From positions 192,001 through 256,000 of the forward strand of contig CBDCTA010000029.1 in NCBI GenBank assembly GCA_965221955.1: 64,000 nt of DNA, in the 5' to 3' direction. The notes under the pieces are model-generated. The model was not told where the DNA came from, made no database searches, and saw only the letters and a program-made list of their open reading frames with translations. Below, one piece after another: positions 38,534 to 51,617 of this stretch. Source of the DNA: Gammaproteobacteria bacterium (GTDB lineage Bacteria; Pseudomonadota; Gammaproteobacteria; UBA4575). Every line of letters begins with the position of its first letter. Positions within the stretch are counted from its first letter, which is position 1. The position numbers and the translations under genes were made by a program.

Positions 38534-40018
38534 CTACTGGCCACGGCTAGAAGGTAAAACGGGTGCAGGGAGTTGGCTTTCACCCATTAAATAAGTGTCT
38601 ATAGCTTGTGCCGCAGAACGACCTTCGGCGATAGCCCACACAATTAAACTTTGACCGCGTTGCATGTCACCCGCAGTGAATACGCCTTCTACATTGGTCA
38701 TCCAGTTTTGGTCACAAACAACATTGCCACGCTCATCTAACTCAACATCAAGCTGTTCTAACATGCCTGGTTTTTCCGGACCTAAGAAGCCCATTGCGAG
38801 TAACGCAAGGTCACAAGGTAATGTTTCATGACTCTCAGGTACTTCTTCAAAAGTTAAACGACCTCCGTTGACGTTAGCACGTCCATCAGCATTCACCATC
38901 TTCACTCGTGCCAGCTCTAGGCCTTTAACATTTCCATTTTCATCACCGACAAAACGCTTCGTTGAAATGGAATACAAACGTTCTACACCTTCTTCATGTG
39001 CAGAAGCAGTACGGAAAACACGCGGCCATTCTGGCCAAGGATTATTTTCGGCTCTAGCTTTAGGAGGTTTAGGCATAATTTCGAGTTGATGAACAGATAG
39101 CGCACCTTGGCGGTTAGCAGTGCCTAAACAGTCGGCGCCTGTATCACCACCACCTATGATAATTACATGTTTACCCTCTGCGCTGATAAAGTTTTCAGGC
39201 TTGGCATCACCCTCACATAATTTATTTTGCATGGGTAGATATTCCATTGCTTGGTGAATGCCATTTAATTCTCGACCTTCAACCGGTAAGTCGCGGGCGG
39301 CACATGCTCCTCCAGTGAGTAGCAATGCATCAAATTCTTTTTTTAAGTCATCGACAGAAATATTTTCACCAACATGCATATTGGTTTTAAAAATGACGCC
39401 TTCAGCAATCATTTGCTCCATGCGACGGTCAATGACACGTTTTTCCATTTTAAATTCAGGAATTCCATAACGTAATAAACCACCAATACGGTCTGCACGT
39501 TCAAATACAGTTACTTCATGTCCAGCGCGTGCAAGTTGTTGAGCAGCCGCTAAGCCTGCAGGACCAGAACCTACAATAGCGATTTGTTTACCGGTTTTCT
39601 TTTTAGCCATTTGAGGAGAAATCCAGCCGTTCTCCCATGCTTTATCAATAATAGTGAGCTCGACGCCTTTAATCGTTACAGGGTCATCATTAATGCCGAG
39701 TACGCATGAACCCTCACAAGGAGCTGGACACAGGGTGCCGGTAAATTCCGGAAAATTATTGGTTGCATGTAAACGTTTAATCGCATCTTGCCATTGATCG
39801 CGATAGACTAAATCATTCCAATCAGGAATTAAATTTCCAAGTGGGCAACCTTGATGGCAGAAAGGTATGCCGCAATCCATACAACGTGCAGCTTGCTCTT
39901 TGAGTGGATCCAGTTGCCATGGTGCCATGACTTGGTTCCAGTCTTGAATACGTTCTTCAACTGGTCGATAAGGTTGTTTTGCGCGGGAATATTCCATAAA
40001 CCCTGTTACTTTAGCCAT
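38534..40018 (-). CDS. gltD: Glutamate synthase small subunit
   Basis: RCMDCGIPFC..GCP, GSGPAG, GGGDTG.DC, GQSLIVWAI.EGR. Confidence 0.97.
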   Translation of the reverse strand: MAKVTGFMEYSRAKQPYRPVEERIQDWNQVMAPWQLDPLKEQAARCMDCGIPFCHQGCPLGNLIPDWNDLVYRDQWQDAIKRLHATNNFPEFTGTLCPAPCEGSCVLGINDDPVTIKGVELTIIDKAWENGWISPQMAKKKTGKQIAIVGSGPAGLAAAQQLARAGHEVTVFERADRIGGLLRYGIPEFKMEKRVIDRRMEQMIAEGVIFKTNMHVGENISVDDLKKEFDALLLTGGACAARDLPVEGRELNGIHQAMEYLPMQNKLCEGDAKPENFISAEGKHVIIIGGGDTGADCLGTANRQGALSVHQLEIMPKPPKARAENNPWPEWPRVFRTASAHEEGVERLYSISTKRFVGDENGNVKGLELARVKMVNADGRANVNGGRLTFEEVPESHETLPCDLALLAMGFLGPEKPGMLEQLDVELDERGNVVCDQNWMTNVEGVFTAGDMQRGQSLIVWAIAEGRSAAQAIDTYLMGESQLPAPVLPSSRGQ

Positions 40019-40059
40019 GCGCCGTTACCACCTTAGTTTGATGTTCCTTGTAGTCATAC

Positions 40060-43000
40060 CTATCCATGAGCCGCTTCCATTACTGCTTCGTCAACCGATG
40101 TTCCTTCTGCTTTCGCACGCTTCATCGCCGTGAGTACGCGCTTATAATCTTTCGGCATCACCTTAATAAACTTAGTTTGATACTCAGACCAATTGCTTAA
40201 AATATTTTCTGCGACAGTACTATTTGTATAGCTAACATGCTTGTTGAGCATGTCTTTGACAATTTGTTTGTCTTCATCATCAAGTTCATCCAAATCAACC
40301 ATGTCTTGATTGCATAAAATTTCGAATTCATTTCTATTAGCTAATACATACGCTTCACCACCAGACATGCCTGCAGCAAAGTTTCTACCTGTAGGGCCAA
40401 TCACCACGACACGACCACCAGTCATATATTCACAACAGTGATCTCCTACACCTTCAACAACTGTGTGTACCCCACTATTGCGTACACAAAAACGTTCGCC
40501 AGCTATGCCACGAATATAGGTTTCACCAGACGTGGCACCATATAAAAGCACATTACCGACAATAATATTTTCTTCTGGGATAAAAGTTGCAGCCTGGTCA
40601 GGATAGACAATAATTTTACCTCCCGATAAACCTTTGCCTAAATAATCGTTTGCATCCCCTTCAAGTGTAAGCGTGACACCTTTGGGTACAAAAGCACCAA
40701 AGCTCATGCCAGCTGAACCTTTAAAGTGAGCACGGATCGTGTCTTCCGGTAAGCCTTCAGCACCGTGCTTTTTAGTAATATGGTGACCTAAAATCGTACC
40801 AACTGTACGATTAATATTTTTAACTTCTAGCGAAACTTCAACTGGAGATTTGTTATCAATGGCATCTCTGCATGCAGGAACTAATTGTGTGACATCTAAA
40901 GATTGATCTAAACCATGATCTTGATCATTGGTGCAATAGAAATCATTGTTCATGGGGTTTTCAGGTTCACGCAGAATATTACTGAAATCCAAGCCGCGTG
41001 CTTTCCAATGATCAACAGCAGCATTTACATCTAGTCGATCCACATGGCCAATCATTTCATCAAGGGTTCTAAAACCAAGTTGTGCCATATATTCACGTAC
41101 TTCTTCCGCTACAAACTTAAAGAAGTTTTCAACAAATTCAGGTTGTCCAGAGAACTTTTTGGTGAGTTCTGGGTTTTGTGTAGCGACACCCACTGGGCAT
41201 GTATTTAAGTGGCACACACGCATCATGATGCAGCCCATAACAACGAGTGGTGCAGTAGAAAAACCAAATTCTTCAGCGCCTAGTAAGGCAGCTACCACGA
41301 CATCACGACCGGTTTTTAATTGTCCATCAGTTTGCACAACGATGCGATCACGTAAACCATTCATCATGAGTACTTGCTGAGTTTCCGCTAGACCAAGTTC
41401 CCAAGGTAAACCCGCATGTTTGAGTGAACTCATTGGCGACGCACCGGTACCGCCGTCGTATCCTGAGATCAGCACAACATCAGAGTGTGCTTTGGCAACA
41501 CCTGCTGCCACTGTGCCCACGCCCACTTCTGCAACCAGTTTTACATGGATGCGTGCATCCGGATTAGAATTCTTTAAATCATGAATTAGCTGGGCTAAAT
41601 CTTCGATGGAATAAATATCATGGTGTGGGGGAGGTGAGATTAATCCCACACCTGGAGTAGAGCCACGCACTTTGGCAATCCATGGATATACTTTAGTTCC
41701 AGGTAGTTGACCACCTTCGCCTGGCTTAGCACCTTGTGCCATTTTAATTTGAATATCATCCGAGTTAACCAAGTACTCACTAGTGACTCCGAAGCGACCT
41801 GATGCAACCTGTTTGATTGAACTGCGGCGTAGATCGCCATTTTCATCAGGTGTGTAACGATCAGGATCTTCTCCGCCTTCACCTGTATTAGATTTGCCAC
41901 CAATACGGTTCATTGCAATGGCTAAAGTTTCGTGTGCTTGCTTGCTAATCGAGCCATACGACATTGCACCAGTAGAAAAACGTTTCATGATGTTTTCAAT
42001 CGGCTCGACTTCTTCTAAAGGAATAGGATTATTTGCATATTTAAAATTAAACAAGCCACGCAAGGTCGCAAGATGTTCGCTCTGATTGTTAACTTTGTCA
42101 GTGTATTCTTTAAAGATATTAAACTGACCAGAACGAGTGGAATGCTGTAACTTATAAACCGTTTCCGGATTGAATAGGTGATATTCACCGTCACGACGCC
42201 ATTGATATTCGCCACCCCAATCCAAGTCAGGCCGTTTTGCTGGACGATCAGGAAAGGCATTGTGGTGACGAATGCTCATTTCTTTCGCAACTTCTTCTAA
42301 TCCGATGCCACCAATTCGCGAAGCCGTCCAAGTAAAGTATTGGTCAACGAATTCTTTGTTTAAACCGATCGCTTCGAACACTTGTGCGCCACGATAAGAC
42401 TGTACCGTTGAGATACCCATTTTCGCCATGGTTTTAATCAATCCTTTGTTCACCGCCTTAGTGAAATTCTGCACGGCTTTCTCGTGAGGCATTTCAGGTA
42501 AATGTCCTTTACCGATCATGTCTTTTAAAGATTCAAAGGCTAGATATGGGTTAATTGCACTTGCGCCATAGCCAATCAATACAGCGAAATGGTGAACTTC
42601 GCGTGGTTCACCAGACTCGAGGATTAAACCTACTTGTGTGCGGGTTCCAGTACGAATTAAATGATGGTGTACACCTGCAGTCGCCAGCAATGCAGGCATG
42701 GCTGCTTTCTCTTGTGATATTCCACGATCAGAAAGAATAATATTTGTAAAACCATCTGCAATCGCTGCGTCCACTTCCGTGCAAACATTTTTTAAAGCTT
42801 GATCTAAACCTGTGCCGCCTTCTGCAACCGGGTATAAGATATCAACCGTTTTAGTTTTTAGGGCGGGTTGATTAATTTCACGAATACGTGCCAACTCTTC
42901 ATCACTCAATACCGGAGAAGGTATTTTAATTTGTCGGCAACTTTGTGCTGTAGGTTCTAATAAATTTTGTTCTGGTCCAACCGTGGTTGCAACTTGGGTG

Positions 43001-44622
43001 ACGAGTTCTTCACGAATTCCATCTAGAGGAGGATTGGTTACTTGCGCAAACAACTGTTTAAAATAATCGTATAACAAACGCGAACGATTGGATAATACAG
43101 CTAAGGCGGTATCAGTACCCATGGAGCCGGTTGGTTCTAAACCATTTGCAGCCATCGGAGCCATCAGCACACGTAAATCTTCATGTGTGTAACCAAAAGC
43201 CTGTTGTCGTTGTAATAAAGATTCACTATCACCTACATTGACTTGCTTTGCCGCTGGTAATTCATTTATGTCGACTAAGTTTTCCTTTAACCAGTCAGCA
43301 TAGGGATGTTGTTCTACAAATTCTTTTTTGATTTCTTCGTCATCGATAATGCGTCCCTGTTTTGTATCGACCATAAAAATTCGTCCAGGGTGCAAACGAT
43401 CTTTGATCAATACATTTTCAGGTGGGATATCTAATACACCGACTTCTGATGCCATGATGACCATGTCGTCTTTCGTCACATAATAACGGGAAGGACGCAA
43501 ACCGTTACGGTCTAATACGGCGCCCATTACTTCGCCATCGGTAAAGGCGATAGATGCGGGACCATCCCAGGGTTCCATCAAACAAGCGTGGTATTCATAA
43601 AATGCTTTACGTGCTGCATCCATGGTTTCATGACCACTCCACGCTTCTGGAATCATCATGAGTACAGCATGAGCAAGTGGACGGCCACTCATATGTAAAA
43701 ATTCCATAACATTATCGAACGTGGCCGAGTCGCTACCACCATCTTGAACAATCGGGAAAAGTTTTGCTAAGTCGTCACCAAATAATTCTGATTTGCATAA
43801 TGATTCTCTTGCATGCATCCAATTAGCATTTCCACGTACGGTGTTGATTTCACCGTTGTGTGCAACATAACGAAATGGATGAGCAAGTTCCCAAGCAGGG
43901 AAGGTATTGGTTGAAAAACGTTGGTGCACTAATGCCATTGCAGATTCAAAATCTTCCGCAGACACATCCGGAAACATAGGTTCAAATTGTGAACCAGTGA
44001 GCATGCCTTTATACACACAAGTGCGATAGGAAAGAGACGGAATATAAAAATGTTCTCTTTCGGTTAAATGGTAATCATTAAATATTTGATGTTCAATACG
44101 TTTACGAATGACATAAAGTTTACGCTCAAATGCTGCTTCATCTTTTAAGTTAGCGCTGCGTGCAATAAAAATTTGTTTAAAGGTAGGCTCACCTTCTTTA
44201 GCCATAGAGCCTAAAGAGGAAGAATCAATCGGCACATCGCGCCAACCTAAAATTTGTTGTCCTTCTTCGCTGACAATTCTATTTAGTTCATCAATACAGT
44301 GTTTTTGTTGAGTTGCGTCATTCGGTAGGAAAATCATACCTGCACCGTAATACCCATACTCAGGTAACTCGATACCAATTTCCTTGCACACGCGTAAAAA
44401 GAATTTGTGTGGTAATTGCGTAAGCATCCCCACGCCATCACCAGTATTTTCGTCACAGCCACAAGCTCCCCTGTGGATGAGATTTTTAAGAATGGTGAGT
44501 GCATTCTCAACAGTCTTATGGGATTTACGGCCTTTTATATCCACCACAAAACCGACACCACAGGCATCATGTTCATAGGCAGGGTCATATAGCCCTCTAT
44601 TGGGCTGATTGGTGATTCTCAT
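40060..44622 (-). CDS. gltB: Glutamate synthase large subunit
   Basis: [54 protein letters not shown]. Confidence 0.98.
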   Translation of the reverse strand: MRITNQPNRGLYDPAYEHDACGVGFVVDIKGRKSHKTVENALTILKNLIHRGACGCDENTGDGVGMLTQLPHKFFLRVCKEIGIELPEYGYYGAGMIFLPNDATQQKHCIDELNRIVSEEGQQILGWRDVPIDSSSLGSMAKEGEPTFKQIFIARSANLKDEAAFERKLYVIRKRIEHQIFNDYHLTEREHFYIPSLSYRTCVYKGMLTGSQFEPMFPDVSAEDFESAMALVHQRFSTNTFPAWELAHPFRYVAHNGEINTVRGNANWMHARESLCKSELFGDDLAKLFPIVQDGGSDSATFDNVMEFLHMSGRPLAHAVLMMIPEAWSGHETMDAARKAFYEYHACLMEPWDGPASIAFTDGEVMGAVLDRNGLRPSRYYVTKDDMVIMASEVGVLDIPPENVLIKDRLHPGRIFMVDTKQGRIIDDEEIKKEFVEQHPYADWLKENLVDINELPAAKQVNVGDSESLLQRQQAFGYTHEDLRVLMAPMAANGLEPTGSMGTDTALAVLSNRSRLLYDYFKQLFAQVTNPPLDGIREELVTQVATTVGPEQNLLEPTAQSCRQIKIPSPVLSDEELARIREINQPALKTKTVDILYPVAEGGTGLDQALKNVCTEVDAAIADGFTNIILSDRGISQEKAAMPALLATAGVHHHLIRTGTRTQVGLILESGEPREVHHFAVLIGYGASAINPYLAFESLKDMIGKGHLPEMPHEKAVQNFTKAVNKGLIKTMAKMGISTVQSYRGAQVFEAIGLNKEFVDQYFTWTASRIGGIGLEEVAKEMSIRHHNAFPDRPAKRPDLDWGGEYQWRRDGEYHLFNPETVYKLQHSTRSGQFNIFKEYTDKVNNQSEHLATLRGLFNFKYANNPIPLEEVEPIENIMKRFSTGAMSYGSISKQAHETLAIAMNRIGGKSNTGEGGEDPDRYTPDENGDLRRSSIKQVASGRFGVTSEYLVNSDDIQIKMAQGAKPGEGGQLPGTKVYPWIAKVRGSTPGVGLISPPPHHDIYSIEDLAQLIHDLKNSNPDARIHVKLVAEVGVGTVAAGVAKAHSDVVLISGYDGGTGASPMSSLKHAGLPWELGLAETQQVLMMNGLRDRIVVQTDGQLKTGRDVVVAALLGAEEFGFSTAPLVVMGCIMMRVCHLNTCPVGVATQNPELTKKFSGQPEFVENFFKFVAEEVREYMAQLGFRTLDEMIGHVDRLDVNAAVDHWKARGLDFSNILREPENPMNNDFYCTNDQDHGLDQSLDVTQLVPACRDAIDNKSPVEVSLEVKNINRTVGTILGHHITKKHGAEGLPEDTIRAHFKGSAGMSFGAFVPKGVTLTLEGDANDYLGKGLSGGKIIVYPDQAATFIPEENIIVGNVLLYGATSGETYIRGIAGERFCVRNSGVHTVVEGVGDHCCEYMTGGRVVVIGPTGRNFAAGMSGGEAYVLANRNEFEILCNQDMVDLDELDDEDKQIVKDMLNKHVSYTNSTVAENILSNWSEYQTKFIKVMPKDYKRVLTAMKRAKAEGTSVDEAVMEAAHG

Positions 44623-45002
44623 CTCGACTCAAAAAATTGGTATGTTTTATTCTTATATATGGTAGTTGTTTTGCGCGTAAATCTATCTACTACAAAAGAG
44701 TAATTTTCAAACGAAATTATGTGCAATTCTTGTGCTATAGCCTTTAATAATCAGCTCCTTAGCTCGTCTTCTATATATAAACGGCCGCGAATTATAGAGG
44801 AGTCTTTGCGATTCCTCTAATAACCTTATTTTTAATAATGTTTAAGAAGTCCCCTACTCTTACAGGCAGGAGGATATTTGAAGCTGCAGGCTTATAAGTA
44901 GACAAAAAGCTTCTTAAAGCAGGTCAAGGCTTAGTTTTATCCCGCCTAATTTCTGCGTTGTTTAATGAGATAGGAATACACCTAGCTCAAAAAATGTATT
45001 GA

Positions 45003-45191
45003 TTAAGGATTTGAGATAATCAGTGCAGTAACAATCAAAGCAACTGCGGCAGCTTGTAATCCTATGCGTGCCCACATAAAGCGTTCGCTAAAAGATTTAT
45101 CCGTTTCACCACCTAGCCCCATCGATAGTAAACCTAAGCCCAAGGTTGCTAAGGTCGCGAGTAATGCCAATATTATTATTATGTTAAGCAT
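45003..45191 (-). CDS. HIG1-like twin-transmembrane small protein
   Basis: L..GL.SM..G...S..FM.AR+.LQ. Confidence 0.75.
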   Translation of the reverse strand: MLNIIIILALLATLATLGLGLLSMGLGGETDKSFSERFMWARIGLQAAAVALIVTALIISNP

Positions 45192-45247
45192 TCCGTTCCT
45201 CCATATGACGGTATTTGTACTCGAATTATGCCATGACTTTTGTATAG

Positions 45248-45709
45248 CTAGTAAATGAAAGGAATAAACTGCTTGGTATTGTGTTGATAACTCGAATAGT
45301 TAGGAAACCTAATAAGTAAAAGCCTTTCTTCTACATTAGCTTTATTTATTACTGCACCAACAACCATCAAACTACCAACACTATTCATCCAATGGTAATT
45401 ATAAAGTGCGATGCCTATCATCATGATGATAAGGGCGACGTACATGGGGTGTCGAATATATTGGTACGGTCCTGTCGTGACCAGTTTCGCGTGTTGTTTG
45501 ATTTCTGGATAGACGCTGAAATTACCAATCTTGTTATAGCAAAGTGTCACAATACCCAATGTCGCACCTATCGCGCATAACAATAAAGAATATTTGCTAC
45601 CTAAGTTTTGTAAGCCAACAGGATAGCAACTTAGTGTAATCCCACTAAATTGCAAAATTACGAGCAAGTGGTTTGTAAAAGTGTGTTGACGTAAAAAACG
45701 AGTCAACAT
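45248..45709 (-). CDS. ICMT/PEMT-family membrane methyltransferase
   Basis: LVTTGPY.YIRHPMY, EE..L...F..Y..Y...T..FIP. Confidence 0.88.
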   Translation of the reverse strand: MLTRFLRQHTFTNHLLVILQFSGITLSCYPVGLQNLGSKYSLLLCAIGATLGIVTLCYNKIGNFSVYPEIKQHAKLVTTGPYQYIRHPMYVALIIMMIGIALYNYHWMNSVGSLMVVGAVINKANVEERLLLIRFPNYSSYQHNTKQFIPFIY

Positions 45710-45723
45710 TTACTTAATTTAAA

Positions 45724-46554
45724 TTACTGAGTTTGAGAGTTTGTTATGGGAATGTTTTCAAAACTATCTGTAAATGTATTTTCTTGCATAGTTTCGAAAT
45801 CAAATAAACTGGTATCGAGTAAATGACTGCTTGTGATGTTTTGCATAGAACGGAAAATATTGCTCACACGGTCAGGAGATTGTTCATCCCATTCTGCTAG
45901 CATTTTTTTAATACGTTGGCGTTCTAAATTAGGCTGAGAACCACATAAATTACATGGAATGATGGGAAATTCCTTGCGTTTGGCATAGCGTTCAATCTCT
46001 CTTTCGCGACAATATACTAAAGGTCGAATGACTATATTGCGTTTATCGTCACTTACTAATTTAGGTGGCATGGTTTTCATACGTGAGCCATGAAACATAT
46101 TCATGAACATGGTTTCGACTAAATCATCCATGTGATGGCCTAAAGCAATTTTGTTTGCACTTATTGATTGTGCAGTGTTGTATAAAATTCCGCGTCGAAG
46201 TCGTGAGCAAAGTGAACAAGTGGTTTTTCCAGGTTCTATTTTTTCTTTTACAATATTATAAGTGTCTTTTTCAATGATTCGATACTCGACATTTAGCCCA
46301 TCAAGGTAATTAGGTAATACATGTTCAGGAAACCCAGGTTGTTTTTGGTCTAAATTTACTACAACTAATTCAAATTGAATCGGGGCAACAGTTTGTAAAC
46401 CCATTAACATGTCTAATAAGGTGTAAGAGTCTTTACCACCAGACAGGCAGACCATTAAGCGATCCCCATCTTCGATCATATGGTAATCGCTAATCGCTTT
46501 ACCTGTTTGTCTTCTAAGAAGCTTTTGTAGTTTGATGAATCTTTGTGATGACAT
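45724..46554 (-). CDS. ttcA: tRNA 2-thiocytidine(32) synthetase
   Basis: [33 protein letters not shown]; start set at MSSQR to avoid overlap with the upstream gene. Confidence 0.95.
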   Translation of the reverse strand: MSSQRFIKLQKLLRRQTGKAISDYHMIEDGDRLMVCLSGGKDSYTLLDMLMGLQTVAPIQFELVVVNLDQKQPGFPEHVLPNYLDGLNVEYRIIEKDTYNIVKEKIEPGKTTCSLCSRLRRGILYNTAQSISANKIALGHHMDDLVETMFMNMFHGSRMKTMPPKLVSDDKRNIVIRPLVYCREREIERYAKRKEFPIIPCNLCGSQPNLERQRIKKMLAEWDEQSPDRVSNIFRSMQNITSSHLLDTSLFDFETMQENTFTDSFENIPITNSQTQ

Positions 46555-46582
46555 GGGTCGTATTGTAGCGGAATAGGGTAGA

Positions 46583-47269
46583 TTATTTACTGTCCGTATC
46601 AGAATGATCGTTGTTCCAAAAATCATCCTGTGAAGAATCATCATTTTCTTCGTTTTCCCATGAATAGCGCTTTATCGTTGGTGCAGGATCACGGTTACGA
46701 AATACTACCGCGCAGACTATCCCAAAGCCGGCACCCCATAAATGTGTTTCATAGGACACGCCAGGCTGGTGCGGAAATACTCCCCAAATCATCGTGCCAT
46801 ATAAGAAAAATACTAATAGTGAGAGCGTGATGGCTAAGCGATCACGGCGTAAAATTCCGATTACGAAGATAAAAGCCATGGCACCATAGGTAAGTCCACT
46901 GGCGCCAAAATGATAAACGGGGCGTGCAGAAAACCATACTCCAAGTTCTGCAAGTACCCACACAACACCAAGTACTATCCAGCAAGAGCGCGGATAGCCG
47001 TAAAGCAGTGCCGTGCCTAGAATGAGAATTGCAGGTGTATTGGAAACCAAATGTACAAACGAACCATGTATTAAAGGAGCAGTTAAAACACCAATTAATC
47101 CGGATAGTTCTTGAGGGTGAACACCTAGCTTGAAAAGATTTAGATTAAATAAGAACTTTGTTAATTCGATGCCCCATAGTAACAATGTAAAGTAGAAAAC
47201 AATTAAAAACGCTTTTTTTAGCTTTATTACATCTTGCGGAGATGATTGCGTAGAAGGGATGCTAAGCAT
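46583..47269 (-). CDS. Rhomboid-family intramembrane serine protease
   Basis: H.S..HL..N, GASG, S...HL.G. Confidence 0.9.
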   Translation of the reverse strand: MLSIPSTQSSPQDVIKLKKAFLIVFYFTLLLWGIELTKFLFNLNLFKLGVHPQELSGLIGVLTAPLIHGSFVHLVSNTPAILILGTALLYGYPRSCWIVLGVVWVLAELGVWFSARPVYHFGASGLTYGAMAFIFVIGILRRDRLAITLSLLVFFLYGTMIWGVFPHQPGVSYETHLWGAGFGIVCAVVFRNRDPAPTIKRYSWENEENDDSSQDDFWNNDHSDTDSK

Positions 47270-47619
47270 AGTACTTATACGCTTAAAGTAATTCTAGATT
47301 TGATGACTTCGCGTTGTAGTGGATATTGATTTTTTATTGAGTCCTCCGTGTATTCGCCGCATATGTGAATGAATGTTCTACAATGCTTAAATTTATCGGT
47401 CCAGGTTAGATTTTTGCACACAAGTGATGTGCAAAGTTCTTGTTTAGCATGGTTTTCGGCTCTCTCTGTCTGCGTTGAGTAAGAGCAAATGACAAAGATG
47501 ATAAAAAATGGGGTAATGAACCAATTTAAATGACTAGTTTTGCTCGACGACATGCTAGGAAATCCCTATAGTACGCATCTTTTGAAAATGAATATCCATA
47601 ATAGTTCAGGACGAGTACA

Positions 47620-49230
47620 TTGATTTCAACCGCAAACATTACAATGCAGTTTGGCGCAAAGCCATTATTCGAGAATATATCTGCCAAATTCGGTGACGGT
47701 AATCGTTATGGCTTAATTGGTGCAAATGGTTGTGGAAAGTCTACCTTCATGAAGATTTTAGATGGTAGTCAAATTCCTAGCTCGGGTAATGTATCGATCA
47801 CTCCAAATGAACGATTGGGAAAATTAAACCAAGATCAGTTTGCGTTCGAAGAGTTTAGTGTAATAGATACTGTGATCATGGGGCACGCGCAATTATGGGA
47901 AATTAAACAAGAACGTGAGCGTATATATTCAATGCCAGAAATGTCTGAAGAAGATGGCATGAAAGTAGCTGAGTTGGAAATTCAGTTTGCCGAGTTAGAT
48001 GGTTATAGCGCAGAAAGTCGTGCCGGTGAGTTGTTGCTGAGTGTAGGGATAGAAGAGAAATTTCATAATGGTCCTATGAGCGAGGTGGCGCCGGGTTGGA
48101 AGTTGCGTGTTTTATTAGTGCAAGCTCTATTTTCAGATCCGGATATTTTATTACTCGATGAACCTACTAATAACTTAGATATTAATACGATCCGTTGGTT
48201 GGAAACGGTTTTAAATGAACGTAAAAGTACGATGATTATCGTCTCCCATGATCGACATTTTCTAAATGCTGTCTGCACACATATGGCAGATATGGATTAC
48301 GGTGAATTACGTATCTATCCAGGCAACTATGATGATTTCATGATCGCTTCGACTCAGGCACGAGAGCGGTTACAAGCAGAAAATGCCAAAAAGAAAGCAC
48401 AAATTGCAGATTTGCAACAGTTTGTGAGTCGCTTTTCAGCAAATGCTTCGAAAGCACGACAGGCGACTTCACGTGCTAAGCAAATAGAAAAAATTAAACT
48501 TGAAGATATAAAACCTTCAAGTCGACGTAGTCCTTTCATTCGCTTTAATCAAGAAAAGAAACTTCATCGCCAAGCGCTCACTATAGAAGGATTAAGTCAT
48601 GGTTTTGATGGTGAAACACTTTTCAGTAATGGTGAAATGATTATTGAAGCGGGTACGCGTTTAGCAGTAATTGGAGAAAACGGTGTAGGGAAAAGTACTT
48701 TTCTACGTTGTTTGATGAATGAGTTAGAGCCGAATGCAGGCATGGTTAAATGGTCAGAGAATGCAAGTTTGGGTTACTGTCCTCAGGATACGAGTACAGA
48801 GTTTAACAGTGATCTTAATTTATTTGACTGGATGGCTCAGTGGCGTAAACCCACTCACGATGATGAAGCAGTACGTGCAACGCTGGGGAGGTTGCTATTT
48901 TCATCCGATGATTTTAAGAAGCAAGTGAAAGTATGTTCTGGTGGCGAAAAAAATCGTCTGCTGTTTGGCAAGCTGATGTTGTCTGAAACTAATATTTTAT
49001 TAATGGATGAGCCGACCAATCATCTAGATATGGAAAGCATTGAATCTTTAAACTTAGCGCTTGAGCATTATGAAGGCACGCTGATATTTGTAAGCCACGA
49101 CCGTGAGTTTGTTTCTTCTTTAGCGAATTGCATCGTTGAGATTCAAGATCAGCAGATGCATTTGTTTCGTGGTAATTACGAAGAACACCTGGCGAATCAA
49201 ATGCAAGAAGAACAAGTAGTAAATAGTTAA
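47620..49230 (+). CDS. ybiT: ABC-F family ATPase (YbiT-like)
   Basis: Two ABC domains ([23 protein letters not shown]) and linker [15 protein letters not shown]. Confidence 0.9.
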   Translation: MISTANITMQFGAKPLFENISAKFGDGNRYGLIGANGCGKSTFMKILDGSQIPSSGNVSITPNERLGKLNQDQFAFEEFSVIDTVIMGHAQLWEIKQERERIYSMPEMSEEDGMKVAELEIQFAELDGYSAESRAGELLLSVGIEEKFHNGPMSEVAPGWKLRVLLVQALFSDPDILLLDEPTNNLDINTIRWLETVLNERKSTMIIVSHDRHFLNAVCTHMADMDYGELRIYPGNYDDFMIASTQARERLQAENAKKKAQIADLQQFVSRFSANASKARQATSRAKQIEKIKLEDIKPSSRRSPFIRFNQEKKLHRQALTIEGLSHGFDGETLFSNGEMIIEAGTRLAVIGENGVGKSTFLRCLMNELEPNAGMVKWSENASLGYCPQDTSTEFNSDLNLFDWMAQWRKPTHDDEAVRATLGRLLFSSDDFKKQVKVCSGGEKNRLLFGKLMLSETNILLMDEPTNHLDMESIESLNLALEHYEGTLIFVSHDREFVSSLANCIVEIQDQQMHLFRGNYEEHLANQMQEEQVVNS

Positions 49231-51114
49231 TTACTGATTTACGTGAAACTCTTTATGCAGTCTTCGTGCTTGCATTGGCCACTTGTCGCGTTTTACTCGG
49301 CCTCTATAGGTTTTAAGTTTACTGTCCACTAGTTCAATATCTTCAGCAGTAAATTCAGCAATCTGCTCATAATGATAGATGCCTAAACGATGAAGTTTTC
49401 GCTCAAGTTTAGGTCCAACACCATTTATCAGTTGTAAATCATCCAATTCACCAGACGGACGTTTCATACCTAAAGGTTTCATGCGTCTCTTGCGAGGAGC
49501 ACTTTTGCGTGCAGGTTTCTTGCGTGTGTAGATTCCACCACGTATTAAAATTTTTGCCTGTTTAATCCATTCATCTCGGTCGATTCTACCTTTGAAGTTA
49601 AGCATACTATCTACAGCGGAGACATCTTTGCGTGTAAACCCTGCAATTTGTTCGAAGTAATAAATGCCACATTTATGTAAAGTCTTCTCAAGTGTAACAC
49701 CTATTCCAGAAATCAATTTTAAGTCATCAGGTTTACGTGTAGGTTTTTTAAGCCCATAAGATTTAATTTTTCGCTTGTTTGAACTTTTCGATTTGCCATT
49801 TAAGTCACTCGATTTAGCAATAAGCTTTGGTTTTGTAGCTCCATTTGTTTTAGCACTGCCATTATTACCGTTACCATTAAATTTCCCATTGCCATTGATG
49901 TGTACAATATTATTCGTCGCACGCTTATTATGGTCGTTGCCATTGGAAGTTCCGTTTCCATTGCTATTTAACCCTGCAGAGCGATTCGCAGGTTTCAAGA
50001 TCGCTTGTTGGGCCTCTTTAATAAAGTTTTCTAGCTCACGAATATGAGCATCACGCGCCGAGATAGTATTTCTTAGAGCAGGAATTTTTTGCTGTAAAGT
50101 ATTTATTTCTTGTGTTAGCTGGCTGATTTTTCCATCGCGTTTATCGAGATTGTCACGTAGCGGAGGAATTTCCTTAGACAATTTAGTTATTTCGGTTTCT
50201 AAAGCAGCAATACTCGCGTCACGTTTTTTGAGTGAGTTTTCTAATGTGGGGATTCGTAGTAAAGTTTGTTCTAACTTTTGTTGTAGGTTAGATACTTCCT
50301 CACTTTTAGCTTCAAATTTCTTACGTAAGCTATCTTGCTCTGCAAGATTGAGCTGAAGATCAGCAATTTTTTCATCTCGTTGAAGAATTTCCTTGTGATT
50401 AACTGTTTCGCTATTGCCCGCACCTAAGCTTGTTTGCGCAGCAAGTAATGCCTCGTTCTTTTCATTTAATTCGTTTTGCAAATTGGAAAGAGCAATGATT
50501 TGGTTTTCGAAATCATTATCTCGTTCGAGTAATTTTGCACGTACAAGATCTAACTCTTTGTTAAGAGAATCAATGCGTTTCTTAGTTACTTCATATTTAT
50601 TTTCTAAAGTAACGAGTACTTCTTGCTTGTTTTTCAGTTCTAAACCGTTTTGGTTATACCGCTTAGTTGCTTTGCCTAGTAATGATTTTAGTTGCTCAAC
50701 CTCGTCAGGTGTATCATGTAAGGTTTTTAATTCCTTATTACGTTCCTCAAGTTCTTTGCTGGTAATATGGAAACGAGCCGTTGTTTGACCTAATTGATTT
50801 TTTAGTTGTTCAACTTCTTTGCTGGTCTCTTGTGTTAAAGTTTTACAAGCATTGAGTTTGCTTAGTAAGTCATTTTTTGTGTTATTGAGTTCACTAATTC
50901 GTGTTGACTTATTATTTAATTCTACTTCAAGCGTATTAAAGTCTTGAGTTACCGATTGGAAATCATCGTTTAATTCTGAGTAGCGTCGTTGCCAATCAAT
51001 TTCTAATGCTTGAACTTTATTTTTCATACGTCCCCAAAAAAACCAACCTATCAACAGGCCAAACAAAAAAGTAGCAGTAAGGGAAAATACGAGGTTGGAA
51101 ATTAAATAAGACAT
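49231..51114 (-). CDS. Membrane-anchored long coiled-coil protein with two C-terminal HhH-like domains
   Basis: N-terminal TM, long heptad region, N/G-rich linker, DDLKLISGIG...GRIDRDEW and DDLQLINGVG...GRVKRDKW. Confidence 0.85.
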   Translation of the reverse strand: MSYLISNLVFSLTATFLFGLLIGWFFWGRMKNKVQALEIDWQRRYSELNDDFQSVTQDFNTLEVELNNKSTRISELNNTKNDLLSKLNACKTLTQETSKEVEQLKNQLGQTTARFHITSKELEERNKELKTLHDTPDEVEQLKSLLGKATKRYNQNGLELKNKQEVLVTLENKYEVTKKRIDSLNKELDLVRAKLLERDNDFENQIIALSNLQNELNEKNEALLAAQTSLGAGNSETVNHKEILQRDEKIADLQLNLAEQDSLRKKFEAKSEEVSNLQQKLEQTLLRIPTLENSLKKRDASIAALETEITKLSKEIPPLRDNLDKRDGKISQLTQEINTLQQKIPALRNTISARDAHIRELENFIKEAQQAILKPANRSAGLNSNGNGTSNGNDHNKRATNNIVHINGNGKFNGNGNNGSAKTNGATKPKLIAKSSDLNGKSKSSNKRKIKSYGLKKPTRKPDDLKLISGIGVTLEKTLHKCGIYYFEQIAGFTRKDVSAVDSMLNFKGRIDRDEWIKQAKILIRGGIYTRKKPARKSAPRKRRMKPLGMKRPSGELDDLQLINGVGPKLERKLHRLGIYHYEQIAEFTAEDIELVDSKLKTYRGRVKRDKWPMQARRLHKEFHVNQ

Positions 51115-51617
51115 TTTTATTAGGTACTCCAGCTAATATTTATTATTAGGTTTGGCGATTTGTTGTTCTGTTTGGGTTTGCCAATACAGCAACCAGGTAT
51201 GTGAGTATCATAACTATTGATTACGACAACTCTTAAAATAATTTTATTACATTCAACAAAATAGGGGTACTATTTTTTGACGCTGATACTATATGTTGTG
51301 CTTTTTAAAGGTTGAACGATTATTAGCTGATAGTGAGAAGTTGAAAAATGTCTTAAGAACACTATATAGAATATAGATAAAACTTAAAGTAAAAGATTAA
51401 TAAATGCTTGTAAGTCGTTTTATTTGATGTCACCCGCACACAAAGATTTATTTTGTAGGCACAAAAATCAGCCTTGTTGTTTACAATTTAAACAATATAA
51501 ATTCATATGTCGTCTTGTTGCTATATGACGTAATCACAGTCTATTGTAATTAAATACTCACGATTCCTGTCTTTAACAAGTCATACTCACGCTCTTTTCA
51601 TTCAAAATTAAAGCTAC

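Noticed and set aside
47275-47553. 92-aa ORF between rhomboid and ABC-F
   Set aside because: No recognisable motif and a weak start context; may be real but is unsupported
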